Part shown: piece after piece, positions 9,557-18,846 of the stretch
Numbering within the stretch: position 1 is the stretch's first letter
Layout of the letters: each line of letters opens with the position of its first letter
From: a virus
Lineage: Duplodnaviria > Caudoviricetes
Reading direction: 5' to 3' (one strand)
DNA: 28,745 bases
Virus record (IMG/VR): IMGVR_UViG_3300036807_000206
Span: 1 to 28,745 of that record
The notes under the pieces: generated by a model
The model's input: the letters and a program-made list of their open reading frames with translations, nothing else
Told to the model about the DNA's origin: nothing
Databases searched by the model: none
Made by a program: the position numbers and the translations under genes

Positions 9557-10526
9557 AATATTTAGAAGAACAGTAAAAGATAGACGTAGAGGAGCAAGTT
9601 ATGATCTCTTGCAATACATGGCTGAAGGTATACGAGCTTGTGGTGACGAACCCATAATGATTAATGAAACAAAGACTGGGGATTGGACTAAAGATGAAAT
9701 GGAGCCAACTGCACCAATCGGTTGCATGTTTGGATATGGTGGCAGTAATCAAATGCATCACACCAAGGGACGTAGACGAGACCTAGTAGAACGTGCAAAG
9801 AAAAAAGGAATTAAAATAATAACATTTGACGGAGGATTACTTTCAAGTTTTGGCAATGTACACGGTGATAAACACCACTGGCGAGTTTCATTATTTTCAC
9901 CCATGAACAACGGCGACTTCTTGTCAGATAACAGTCCTCCTGATAGATGGGAGGCCGCAAAAACCAGATGGAATGTTAAAAGCGAACCATGGAGAAAATC
10001 CGATCAAGAGGATCCAATTCTGTTTGTGCTACAACCTAAAGACAATTGGAGTATGAACAATCTCGATCCTATTGAATGGTTCAACGGAGTTTATGAAAAA
10101 TTGAGACCTATGACAGATAGAAAATTTATTGTACGACCTCATCCAAATCATGTTGCTCATATAGAAGAACGAATAAAAGAGTTTCCAGACGATGTAGAAG
10201 TTATTGTAGGACAAAAGTTCTTTCAAGGAGATGAAAAAAAGTATTATAGATTCCATTTCCAAGAAGCAATATCTAATTGTCATGCTGTTGTTACACATAA
10301 TTCCACTGCCGGTGTTGACTCTTGTGTTCGCGGGATACCTACGTTTAATACCTCAGACCTTGCAATTAGTTGGCCAGTAGCTAACAAAGATTTAAACAAC
10401 ATAGAAACTCCGGAATATCCCGACAGGACTCAATGGCTTAACGATCTCGGATATAAACTGTGGAGTGAAAAAGAAATTAGAAATGGTACGGTGTTCAAAA
10501 GATTTAAAGAAAAGTTAGGAATGTAA
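9546..10526 (+). CDS. KpsS/KpsC-like protein, paralog 3
   Basis: PW, LQPKD, TDRKFIVRPHP, VVTHNSTAGVDSCVRGIP, R.QWL..LGY..WS..EI.NG. The Q..D, HP and NST.G motifs recall GT107 beta-Kdo transferases. Confidence 0.6.
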   Translation: MKVEIFRRTVKDRRRGASYDLLQYMAEGIRACGDEPIMINETKTGDWTKDEMEPTAPIGCMFGYGGSNQMHHTKGRRRDLVERAKKKGIKIITFDGGLLSSFGNVHGDKHHWRVSLFSPMNNGDFLSDNSPPDRWEAAKTRWNVKSEPWRKSDQEDPILFVLQPKDNWSMNNLDPIEWFNGVYEKLRPMTDRKFIVRPHPNHVAHIEERIKEFPDDVEVIVGQKFFQGDEKKYYRFHFQEAISNCHAVVTHNSTAGVDSCVRGIPTFNTSDLAISWPVANKDLNNIETPEYPDRTQWLNDLGYKLWSEKEIRNGTVFKRFKEKLGM

Positions 10527-12274
10527 TGTGTGGTATATACGGTATAACCGAACACAATCCAAAATTTATAAAAGAATTTATAGATATATGTAAGCACAGA
10601 GGACCTGACGGGTCGAGTGTTTGGCACAACGAAAATATAACTCTAGGGCACAACTTGTTAAGCATAATGGGTGAGCCAGGTGATGCTACACAGCCGTGGA
10701 CAACACCTCAAGGAAACAAACTTGTTTATAATGGAGAAATATTTAATTACTACGAATTAAAAGAAAAATATAAAGACTTTACAGACACAACCGGCTGTGA
10801 TACTGAACTACTTGCTTGGGGACTAGATAAATTTGGCTTATTGTTTGTTGATGAAATAGATTCTATGCACGGCTTTGCGTATTACGAAGTTGATAAAAAC
10901 ACACTTACATTAAGCAGAGATCATGCAGGTATAAAACCTGTGTACTATGCAGAAATCAAAGAAGGATTGGTTTTTGGTTCTGAGATAAAAGGCATGTTAG
11001 ATAAAGTTCCTAACAGCAGAACAATGGACAATCTTGCAGTAAGTTTCATGGCAAGGACTGGAATCAATGCGTTACGCAATACATTCTTTACAGGAATTAA
11101 AAAATTACTAGCAGGAGAGACCATAGTATACAATATGGTCGATAAAAAAATCACACAAACACACAGAGTTTATATTAAACCTACAAGTAACAAACAATTT
11201 AATGCAGAAGAGTTTAGAACAAACGTAAAAAAAACAGTTGAGATGTGTTCAATAGGTAGAAGAAAAATTGGTGTATTCCTAAGTGGCGGACTTGATTCAA
11301 GCATGGTTGCGTATGAGTTAAAACAATTAAAAGGTGAAGCAAATACATTTACAAACAGAATGGAACCTAATGTACAAGCAGATGAAGATTATAATAGTGA
11401 CGCTAACTGTGCCAAGATAATTGCACAACAAAATAATTTTAATCATAAAGAAGTTATAGCAACTCCTGAAACATTTATAGAATGTTGGGACAACAGCATA
11501 TATTATATGGAACAACCTGTATACAATCCTAGTATGTCGATGTATTGTTCTACTAATAAGTTTTTATCAGAGAACGAAATTGTAGTTACAATGGCTGGGG
11601 ATATGGGTGACGAGATACTTGCTGGATATCCAAAGTACTGGAAAATGAAAAATCCACAGTGGCTACAAAAACAAATAGGTAAAACAAAAATAGAGACATG
11701 GGACGATGTTCTAGCACTATGGCTAAAGAGAATAAAACGTCCATTGCAATTAACCGATAATCCTATAAGTGATGATATACTAATAAAAGAATTTCGTAAA
11801 TGCTATTCAGGAGAATTGTGGAATTCTAATGACCCTATAGGATCATATATGGCGTTAGACTGTGTTGCTCAGGTACCAGAAGAAATGTTTAATAGAAACG
11901 ACAAGTACGGCATGGCCTACAGTATGGAAGGACGTTTCCCATTAGCAACAAAAATGTTTATGCAATATTGTATGAGTATGCACACCGATTCGAAATTAGG
12001 TCCTGATAAAAACGATACTAAAACTTTTATTAAGAAGGCATACCTAGGCAAATTACCAAACGAAATTATTAATAAAGTAAAAACTGGATGGACTGTTCCT
12101 GTTGGGCATTGGCTGACTACTAGTACAAGTTCTAAATTGAATAAATTTTACAAAGAAAGAACAGGCGAAAATTCTAAACTAGATGTAACGAAAGCTAGTC
12201 AGCAAGCCGGCAAGGCACTTATACCTGCATGGATTGTTAGTGATTGGATTAAAAAATACAACATGACCAGGTAG
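10526..12274 (+). CDS. asnB: Asparagine synthase (glutamine-hydrolysing)-like amidotransferase
   Basis: N-terminal MCGI, HRGPD, NGEIFNYYEL, DTE, RDH.G.KP.YY, PP-loop LSGGLDSS, GD.GDEI..GY, M..S.E.R.P, K.G..VP. Confidence 0.92.
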   Translation: MCGIYGITEHNPKFIKEFIDICKHRGPDGSSVWHNENITLGHNLLSIMGEPGDATQPWTTPQGNKLVYNGEIFNYYELKEKYKDFTDTTGCDTELLAWGLDKFGLLFVDEIDSMHGFAYYEVDKNTLTLSRDHAGIKPVYYAEIKEGLVFGSEIKGMLDKVPNSRTMDNLAVSFMARTGINALRNTFFTGIKKLLAGETIVYNMVDKKITQTHRVYIKPTSNKQFNAEEFRTNVKKTVEMCSIGRRKIGVFLSGGLDSSMVAYELKQLKGEANTFTNRMEPNVQADEDYNSDANCAKIIAQQNNFNHKEVIATPETFIECWDNSIYYMEQPVYNPSMSMYCSTNKFLSENEIVVTMAGDMGDEILAGYPKYWKMKNPQWLQKQIGKTKIETWDDVLALWLKRIKRPLQLTDNPISDDILIKEFRKCYSGELWNSNDPIGSYMALDCVAQVPEEMFNRNDKYGMAYSMEGRFPLATKMFMQYCMSMHTDSKLGPDKNDTKTFIKKAYLGKLPNEIINKVKTGWTVPVGHWLTTSTSSKLNKFYKERTGENSKLDVTKASQQAGKALIPAWIVSDWIKKYNMTR

Positions 12275-12290
12275 ATTAAATATCAATATT

Positions 12291-13163
12291 ATGAAAATCA
12301 AAGTTATCACATCATACAAGCCTGGCTGTTGGGAACAATACGGTAAGAAAGGTATCGAGTCTATGGCTGAGCAATTTCCAAAAGAAGTTGACATAGTAGT
12401 ATATGCAGAAGAGCCTAAACCTGAATGCAAATATGATAGGATACAATGGATAGACCTTAACACTGCCGAGCCAGAATTATTCAAATTTAAAAACAAACAC
12501 AAAAACGATCCTGTTGCAAACGGAGAGTTAGAAGAAATAGAAGGCGGAGTAAGACGTCCAGCAGAACTACAAGCAATGGGCGGAAACGACAAAAACAAAG
12601 GATCATTTCTTTGGGCCGCTGTGAGATTTTCAAACAAAGTATTTTGTGTTGTAAATGCTGTACGTAATTCAAAAGAATATGATTATGTTGTGTGGATCGA
12701 CGGAGATACATTTTCATTTAGACCTACACCGATAGACTTTTTTAAAAATGTATTACCACAAGAAACAATGTTAACATACTTAGGTCGTGAGAATCCAAAA
12801 CTAAACGACGGTGGCAAATATCCAGAGTGTGGATTCGTTGGGTATAACATGAAACATCCAGAGATACAAAACTTTGTAAATGATTGGGAAAATCTTTATG
12901 TTACAGACGAAGTATTTAAATTATTAGAATGGCATGACTCGTATGTGTTTTGGCACTTGTCAAAAATATATAGAAAAGAAAAAAACATACAAGTAAACGA
13001 TATAGGTTACTGGAAAGGTGTAAAAGGACACCATGTGTTTGTTAACAGTGAGTTAGGACAGTATATGGATCACATGAAAGGCAATCGTAAAAAAATCGGT
13101 GCGTCATCACGTAATGATTTACGTTCTGAACCTACTGTTGATTACTGGAAACAATTAAAATAA
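12291..13163 (+). CDS. GT-A fold nucleotide-diphospho-sugar transferase
   Basis: RFS.KVF, YDYVVWIDGD (DxD), ECGFVGYN, WHDSYVF, DH.KG.RK. Confidence 0.75.
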   Translation: MKIKVITSYKPGCWEQYGKKGIESMAEQFPKEVDIVVYAEEPKPECKYDRIQWIDLNTAEPELFKFKNKHKNDPVANGELEEIEGGVRRPAELQAMGGNDKNKGSFLWAAVRFSNKVFCVVNAVRNSKEYDYVVWIDGDTFSFRPTPIDFFKNVLPQETMLTYLGRENPKLNDGGKYPECGFVGYNMKHPEIQNFVNDWENLYVTDEVFKLLEWHDSYVFWHLSKIYRKEKNIQVNDIGYWKGVKGHHVFVNSELGQYMDHMKGNRKKIGASSRNDLRSEPTVDYWKQLK

Positions 13164-13169
13164 TATTTT

Positions 13170-14042
13170 ATGAAGATAGAAGTTTGGACAGAATATGGAC
13201 CACAAAATTCAAAACCCATATTCGACGCATTTATAAAGAGTTTACAAGATGCAGGAGACACAGTAGTTCTCAATAGGTCGTGTAATGCAGACGTGGCAGT
13301 AATATGGAGTGTGCTGTGGCGTGGACGAATGGAAAACTATAAAAGGATATGGGATGAATTTAGATCCACCGGAAGACCTGTTATTGTGTTAGAAGTCGGT
13401 GGTCTTAGAAGAAATGAAAGTTTTAAGATAGGAATTAATGGTATCAACAGACAGGCAGACTTTGCCAATCAAGAGTTTGATGATAAGCGTTGGTCATTAT
13501 TCAAACACACACTCAAGCCGTGGAACCCGACAGGTGACATAATTGTTATATGCGGACAACACGATGCATCAGAACAATGGAAAGGACTTCCAAAGATGTC
13601 AACTTGGATTGAGCAACAAATAAGTGAAATTAGAAAATATACTGCTCGACCAATACTTGTTAGACCACACCCTCGTAATACTATCCAATTTAAAGAAAGT
13701 GATTTTCAAAATGTTAAAGTTCGTTTACCTAAGAGAGATTTTAGAACTTATGATGATACTGATTTTAAGAACACATTAGAAAGAACATGGGCTGTGGTTA
13801 ATCACAGTTCTAATCCTGCCATGGAAGCAATTATTAGTGGTGTGCCAGTTTTTGTCTCTGAAGACAGTTTGTGCCATGATGTTGGCAATTTAAAACTGTG
13901 CGACATTAATACACCAGCGATGCCTAACAGATTAGGGTGGGCACACAAACTTGCATACACAGAATGGTTTAAAGACGAAATCGAACAAGGACTACCATGG
14001 ACTAGAATTAAAGCAAGACTTGAGGAGAAATATTTAAAATGA
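13170..14042 (+). CDS. KpsS/KpsC-like protein, paralog 4
   Basis: LEVG, PW..G..IVICGQ, YTARPILVRPHP, VNHSSNPAMEAII.GVPV, R..W...LAY.EW...EI..G.PW. Confidence 0.6.
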   Translation: MKIEVWTEYGPQNSKPIFDAFIKSLQDAGDTVVLNRSCNADVAVIWSVLWRGRMENYKRIWDEFRSTGRPVIVLEVGGLRRNESFKIGINGINRQADFANQEFDDKRWSLFKHTLKPWNPTGDIIVICGQHDASEQWKGLPKMSTWIEQQISEIRKYTARPILVRPHPRNTIQFKESDFQNVKVRLPKRDFRTYDDTDFKNTLERTWAVVNHSSNPAMEAIISGVPVFVSEDSLCHDVGNLKLCDINTPAMPNRLGWAHKLAYTEWFKDEIEQGLPWTRIKARLEEKYLK

Positions 14043-14794
14043 AAACTATAAAAATTGGCGGCAAGCCTGAAATACATCCTATTGAATGGACACCATATGC
14101 AGGTGAAACTATTGTCTTGAACACAATAATACGTAAGGGGGAACGTATACAAGAAACAGGATTCTTCGAAGACAGAGTGAAAGCAGTCCCTAGAGGAAAT
14201 GCGTACTGTATAGGCAACGGACCTTCACGTAAAGAGTTTGACCTAAACAAACTAAAAGCAACAGGACAAACTTATGGATGTAATGCATTGTATAGAGACT
14301 TTATGCCCGACTTTATTTTTTCAGTGGATACCAAAGTAACAGTAAAGATGTGTGAGGACAAAGTTTATGAAAACTGTTTTCACTATGCTCCTGCACTAGA
14401 AGTTAACAGGAAACAACACAAAGGCATGTTGCACCTTATACCTAACAATCCTCATTGGATTTCGGGTAACGCGGCCTTCTGGACTGCTGGTGTACACGGA
14501 CACAAGAATATCTATTTGATAGGATTTGACTTTAGAGAATATGGCAAGGACCAATTGAATAATATCTACCAAGACACAGAGAACTACGGTGAGAGACATA
14601 GCGATGCAATATTCGAAGGATGGTTGAAACAATTCAGAGATATGTTAAAAATGAGACCTTATGTAACCTACACAGTAGTACATGACGATCCACCTGACTA
14701 TATGAATCATTTTCAGACAGGTACTGACCTAGGCAACAGTAGAGTTATAACTTATGCGGAGTTTGAGAAAGAACTAGCATCTAGCCAGACGTAA
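14039..14794 (+). CDS. Maf/DUF115/GT42-sialyltransferase-like protein
   Basis: CIGNGPS, YGCNALY, PD....VD, SG..A, G.KNIYLIGFDF, N.Y motifs shared by Maf and CstII-type folds. Confidence 0.65.
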   Translation: MKTIKIGGKPEIHPIEWTPYAGETIVLNTIIRKGERIQETGFFEDRVKAVPRGNAYCIGNGPSRKEFDLNKLKATGQTYGCNALYRDFMPDFIFSVDTKVTVKMCEDKVYENCFHYAPALEVNRKQHKGMLHLIPNNPHWISGNAAFWTAGVHGHKNIYLIGFDFREYGKDQLNNIYQDTENYGERHSDAIFEGWLKQFRDMLKMRPYVTYTVVHDDPPDYMNHFQTGTDLGNSRVITYAEFEKELASSQT

Positions 14795-15250
14795 TCCGGC
14801 CGCATTAAATTTACTTTTCCAAGCAAAAAAGTTTGCATTGTGATTTGAGTAAGGATCTTTCAACCAAGTCATTTGGTATAGATGCACCATTTCGTGTGCT
14901 AACGTTTCTATAAAGTCTTTCCACTTAGGAAATTTAAGATGTAGTTCTATATAATAATCTACTTCTATATGATATGGTATAACTCTTTGATCAAATTTAC
15001 CTTTAGGAGTTTTTCTATTATCCCAATTAGCAACACATCTGCCCCAATCTTTGTGTATACTTTTTACATATAGTGGAACCATTGGCAATCTGTTGTTGAA
15101 TAATGTTTTATTTAGATATCTAAACCAACTGTATGCTTGGGCTTCGGTGGGTCTAAAGCCAACAATGTTCTTGTGTCTAGTCAGAGTGTTTTCCAACTTG
15201 ATCTTCAGTTGTTTTTTAACATTTACACTTTTACTTTTTATCTTTTTCAT
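14774..15250 (-). CDS. SprT-like zinc metalloprotease
   Basis: N..LF...LP, W.G.C, I.L, TLAHEMVHLYQ, H...F. ATG at 15250 preferred over the TTG at 15268. Confidence 0.8.
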   Translation of the reverse strand: MKKIKSKSVNVKKQLKIKLENTLTRHKNIVGFRPTEAQAYSWFRYLNKTLFNNRLPMVPLYVKSIHKDWGRCVANWDNRKTPKGKFDQRVIPYHIEVDYYIELHLKFPKWKDFIETLAHEMVHLYQMTWLKDPYSNHNANFFAWKSKFNAAGLRLARC

Positions 15251-15252
15251 GG

Positions 15253-15280
15253 TTGACTGCTTTACCAAATATGTTATAAT
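15253..15280 (+). promoter_or_regulatory. Sigma70-type promoter for the 15302-uvsW operon
   Basis: TTGACT (15253-15258), 16-nt spacer, extended -10 TG-t-TATAAT (TATAAT at 15275-15280), 21 nt upstream of ATG 15302. Confidence 0.7.
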
Positions 15281-15301
15281 ATACTAATAATTATCTAAAA
15301 T

Positions 15302-16666
15302 ATGATGGACAATATGCACACAGATTTACCAAAAACCGTTAACGAAGCACTTAAAATACTAGCATATAATGATTATTTTTGGGGGCCTGATCCAAAAACG
15401 CCTAATTCAAAGATCCAACCGCATCCAAAGGATAAGGAAACTGTGAGATCATTGGCAGAAGCTCAATATGCCTGGACTGAAAAACAAGCCAAATTAGCAC
15501 TGGTGATCTTAAAGAGGTATCTTACAAAGTTTCAACAACATGGCATGAACATCAAAGAATTGCTCGACACACCGAAGTATGATGAAGAGTTTAGGGTTAT
15601 TAACTTCGATAAAAGCATTGAAAAATACATGGATGAAGACGGAATAGAAAAGATAGAGATAAGATTTCCGTACAATAAAAAACTTATACAGTTAATTAGA
15701 GCATTGAAAGATTATCGTGGACTTCCTATGAACTATGCAATATACGATGGAGAGAAAAAGAAATGGACATTTACACATTCTGATGTGACTGCATACTATC
15801 TAACATTGATTGCCGCTAGATACGATTTTAAATTTGTCGACGAATCTATTTTAAATGATTACGACGAAGTTAAAAAAGAAATTATAGGATTTAAAAAACC
15901 GTCAGCAAGTGTTATCGGCAACGAGGTTTTACTACACAGTGCACCAGAGTCAATGCAAGAGTATTGGGACAACAACATTAAAGGTTTACCATTAATACAA
16001 CAAGTAGACAGTTTGAAAAACTTTGGTATATCTGCTAGAGGAATGAACGTACCGGCAGACACAACTATAGGCGGAGCAATAGCACACAACGATTCGGACA
16101 AGTTGTGGATCGACAACAACGATTATAACAGAGATGAAGTTGTACAAGGACTGATAGAACTAGATGCTTTTCCATTAATGATGCCTGTTAGTGGTGACAT
16201 CACAACTAGGGAAGAAGTAGAAGAATTTTGGGGTTGGCTTAATGCTTTCAAAAGAGCAGGCATTGACATAATGACTCAATGTTCTTGGGGATTTGAAGCC
16301 AAAGAACCTGTATACCAAAAAGACCTAAAAGACAATTGGACAAGAAGTGAAAGAGTCGCTGTTGTTAGTAACCAAATTACTCAAGATATGTTTCAAAATA
16401 TATTTGAACTAAACCAAATGAGCAAACAGTTTAAATTTATAAACAAAGACACTAAGGTAATTTTTGTTAGAAATAGAATACCTAGAGCATTAATAAAAAG
16501 TAAAATAAAACCAAAAGCATCTTTAGTAGCACTAGGTGGCGGTTATTACACAGCAGGTACCGATAACCTAAAAAGAATGCTAGACAATCTTCCAAAAAAG
16601 TTGTATTATAATGATCATCAGCCGAGCAGTTATGATTGGCATGATAGAATTATAGTGAAACTTTAA
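15302..16666 (+). CDS. Hypothetical protein with HARP-like segment
   Basis: 454-aa ORF directly abutting uvsW; 'IEIRFPYNKKLIQLIR...YDGEKKKWTF' resembles HARP-like domains; 'TEKQAKLA..IL..Y' helix at the N-terminus. Confidence 0.7.
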   Translation: MMDNMHTDLPKTVNEALKILAYNDYFWGPDPKTPNSKIQPHPKDKETVRSLAEAQYAWTEKQAKLALVILKRYLTKFQQHGMNIKELLDTPKYDEEFRVINFDKSIEKYMDEDGIEKIEIRFPYNKKLIQLIRALKDYRGLPMNYAIYDGEKKKWTFTHSDVTAYYLTLIAARYDFKFVDESILNDYDEVKKEIIGFKKPSASVIGNEVLLHSAPESMQEYWDNNIKGLPLIQQVDSLKNFGISARGMNVPADTTIGGAIAHNDSDKLWIDNNDYNRDEVVQGLIELDAFPLMMPVSGDITTREEVEEFWGWLNAFKRAGIDIMTQCSWGFEAKEPVYQKDLKDNWTRSERVAVVSNQITQDMFQNIFELNQMSKQFKFINKDTKVIFVRNRIPRALIKSKIKPKASLVALGGGYYTAGTDNLKRMLDNLPKKLYYNDHQPSSYDWHDRIIVKL

Positions 16667-18133
16667 ATGAGCAGTTGTAAATTAGTAATCAAAGACGAAG
16701 TAAATGTAAAGTTCGAGAACTTGTCTCTCGACTGGCGTAAGAGATTATCCAATAAATTCAAATACGAAATACCATATGCTAGACATCTTCCAGCAGTGAA
16801 GCTAGGCAGATGGGACGGTAAGGTTTCGTTCTTTGGATTAGGCGGCACAACATACCTTAACCTCGTTGATCAAATACTTCCTATACTAGAGGACGGTGGA
16901 GTATATGTTGAGATGGAGGATCTTAGAGAACAACACAACTTTGAGTTTAAAGCAGTAGACAAAGATTATCTAAGTCATATCAAATGGCCTGCAACACATC
17001 CAATGGCAGGACAGTCTGTTGAGTTAAGAGATTATCAAGTTGAAACAATAAACAAATTTATAGAAAATCCACAGTGCATACAAGAGATAGCCACCGGAGC
17101 AGGTAAAACAATAATCACTGCGGCACTATGTCAACTGGTTGAGCCATACGGACGTACACTAACAATAGTACCAAACAAAAGTCTAGTAACACAAACAGAA
17201 GAAGATTTTATTGCTTGTGAACTAGATGTAGGTGTGTACTATGGAGACAGAAAAGAGCTGGGAAGATTTAACACTATTGCAACTTGGCAATCATTAAACA
17301 TATTAGAAAAGAAAAGTAAAGACGAACACTCAGAAGCATTTGCAGAAGCAATAAAAGGAATTAACACAGTGATTATAGATGAAGTACACATGGCCAAAGC
17401 AGATGTACTAAAAAGATTATTAACAGGACCGTTTGCACACTGTGGCATACGTTGGGGACTAACAGGCACAGTTCCTAAAGCAGACTTCGAGTTTATGGGA
17501 TTGAAATGTAGCATAGGTGATGTAACACATAGAATACAAGCAAGTGAACTACAAGACAAAGGAGTACTTGCAAACTGTCATGTAAATGTTTTGCAGACGC
17601 AAGACCATCCAATGTTTAAAACTTATGCAGAAGAACTTAAATGGCTAACTACAGATAAAGTCAGAATGAAATGGGTGGCGAACACCATTAAAGATATATC
17701 CTCATCAGGAAATACATTAGTACTAGTTGATAGAATATCAGCTGGCGAAATATTACAAGAACAGCTGGAAGATTCAGTTTTCGTATCTGGATCAACTAAG
17801 AATGTCGATAGGAAGGAACAGTACGATGAAGTGTCTACTGCAACAAATAAAATTATTATTGCAACTTATGGGGTCGCATCCGTTGGAATTAATATTCCTA
17901 GGATATTCAATCTTGTTCTTATTGAACCTGGCAAATCATTCGTAAGAGTCATACAGTCAATCGGTAGAGGCATTCGTAAAGCAGAAGATAAGGACAATGT
18001 ACAGATATGGGACATTACCAGTTCTTGCAAGTTTGCAAAAAGACACTTAACGGCAAGGAAAAAGTTTTACAAAGAGGCAAATTACCCGTATAATATAGAA
18101 AAGATAAATTATGAAAATCCTTACACTAGATAA
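16667..18133 (+). CDS. uvsW: UvsW-like superfamily 2 DNA helicase
   Basis: LRDYQ, ATGAGKT, VPNKSLV.Q, TWQSL, DEVH, GLTGT, GINIP, QSIGRGIR, R..FY. Confidence 0.92.
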   Translation: MSSCKLVIKDEVNVKFENLSLDWRKRLSNKFKYEIPYARHLPAVKLGRWDGKVSFFGLGGTTYLNLVDQILPILEDGGVYVEMEDLREQHNFEFKAVDKDYLSHIKWPATHPMAGQSVELRDYQVETINKFIENPQCIQEIATGAGKTIITAALCQLVEPYGRTLTIVPNKSLVTQTEEDFIACELDVGVYYGDRKELGRFNTIATWQSLNILEKKSKDEHSEAFAEAIKGINTVIIDEVHMAKADVLKRLLTGPFAHCGIRWGLTGTVPKADFEFMGLKCSIGDVTHRIQASELQDKGVLANCHVNVLQTQDHPMFKTYAEELKWLTTDKVRMKWVANTIKDISSSGNTLVLVDRISAGEILQEQLEDSVFVSGSTKNVDRKEQYDEVSTATNKIIIATYGVASVGINIPRIFNLVLIEPGKSFVRVIQSIGRGIRKAEDKDNVQIWDITSSCKFAKRHLTARKKFYKEANYPYNIEKINYENPYTR

Positions 18134-18614
18134 CAGAACCTACAAGCTGGAAAAGATTCCAGAATTTGTAGATGAAAATTTGAGGTTTGCCGTATTGGAT
18201 AACGCAGATCCAAACGAACCAGACTTCTTTTACATACCTTTAATATTTTTAGAATCATTTAATGCACCAGCGGCTGTGTTACAGATAGGCAAGTGGAAAA
18301 TAAAAATGCCATTGGACTGGAAAATGTTAATAGGTGAAGCAGGACAACAAGAAATGCATGTGTTACCTATAACAAGTTTAAATGATAGAGGCTTTGATGC
18401 TTTTACATTTAATCCGTTAGAGAGCGTTAAGCCTGACTTTTATCCTATTGACGTTGTAGACATTTACACAGAAGTTAAATGGTACTTTCCTAAAATTAAA
18501 TCAGGACAACTACTAGCAGTGCCGCTAGAGAATAAAAGAAATCCAGTATGTGCTTACTTTGTAAAAGACATATCAAGACAATGCGAACAGATAGATTATG
18601 GCTCTTGCTGGTAG
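18111..18614 (+). CDS. Hypothetical beta-rich protein
   Basis: 167-aa ORF overlapping the uvsW 3' end; co-oriented in the operon. Confidence 0.75.
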   Translation: MKILTLDNRTYKLEKIPEFVDENLRFAVLDNADPNEPDFFYIPLIFLESFNAPAAVLQIGKWKIKMPLDWKMLIGEAGQQEMHVLPITSLNDRGFDAFTFNPLESVKPDFYPIDVVDIYTEVKWYFPKIKSGQLLAVPLENKRNPVCAYFVKDISRQCEQIDYGSCW

Positions 18615-18846
18615 GAAAACAATTAAGATAGATGCACCGATAATCATTACTAGTGATGGGACTCCTGTATGGATGGACCGGAACTGGGCAGTAGATTTTT
18701 TTGATTGGTTATCTCAAGTAAAATTAAATGATAAACTTTCAGGTTTACAACACATGAATAGTAAAGTAAAATTAACATTTGTATCAGCAAAAGACTGTAC
18801 AATGTTCGGATTAAAATATGCCAGCAAAATCAAAAGAAAAAAGTAA
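18598..18846 (+). CDS. Hypothetical protein
   Basis: 82-aa ORF overlapping both neighbours; ends in 'F.S.KD.TMFGLKY'. Confidence 0.7.
   Translation: MALAGRKTIKIDAPIIITSDGTPVWMDRNWAVDFFDWLSQVKLNDKLSGLQHMNSKVKLTFVSAKDCTMFGLKYASKIKRKK

Noticed and set aside
10526-12274. AsnB as a lasso cyclase or a simple asparagine-biosynthesis auxiliary gene
   Set aside because: It keeps an intact Cys-type glutaminase domain, has no adjacent peptidase, RRE or precursor, and is coupled to glycosyltransferase-like genes, which favours glycan amidation.
1691-14794. Island as a DNA base hypermodification system
   Set aside because: No thymidylate-synthase/hydroxymethylase, TET/JBP, aGPT-Pplase, DpdA or Que genes were recognised in the window; not fully excluded without nucleoside analysis.
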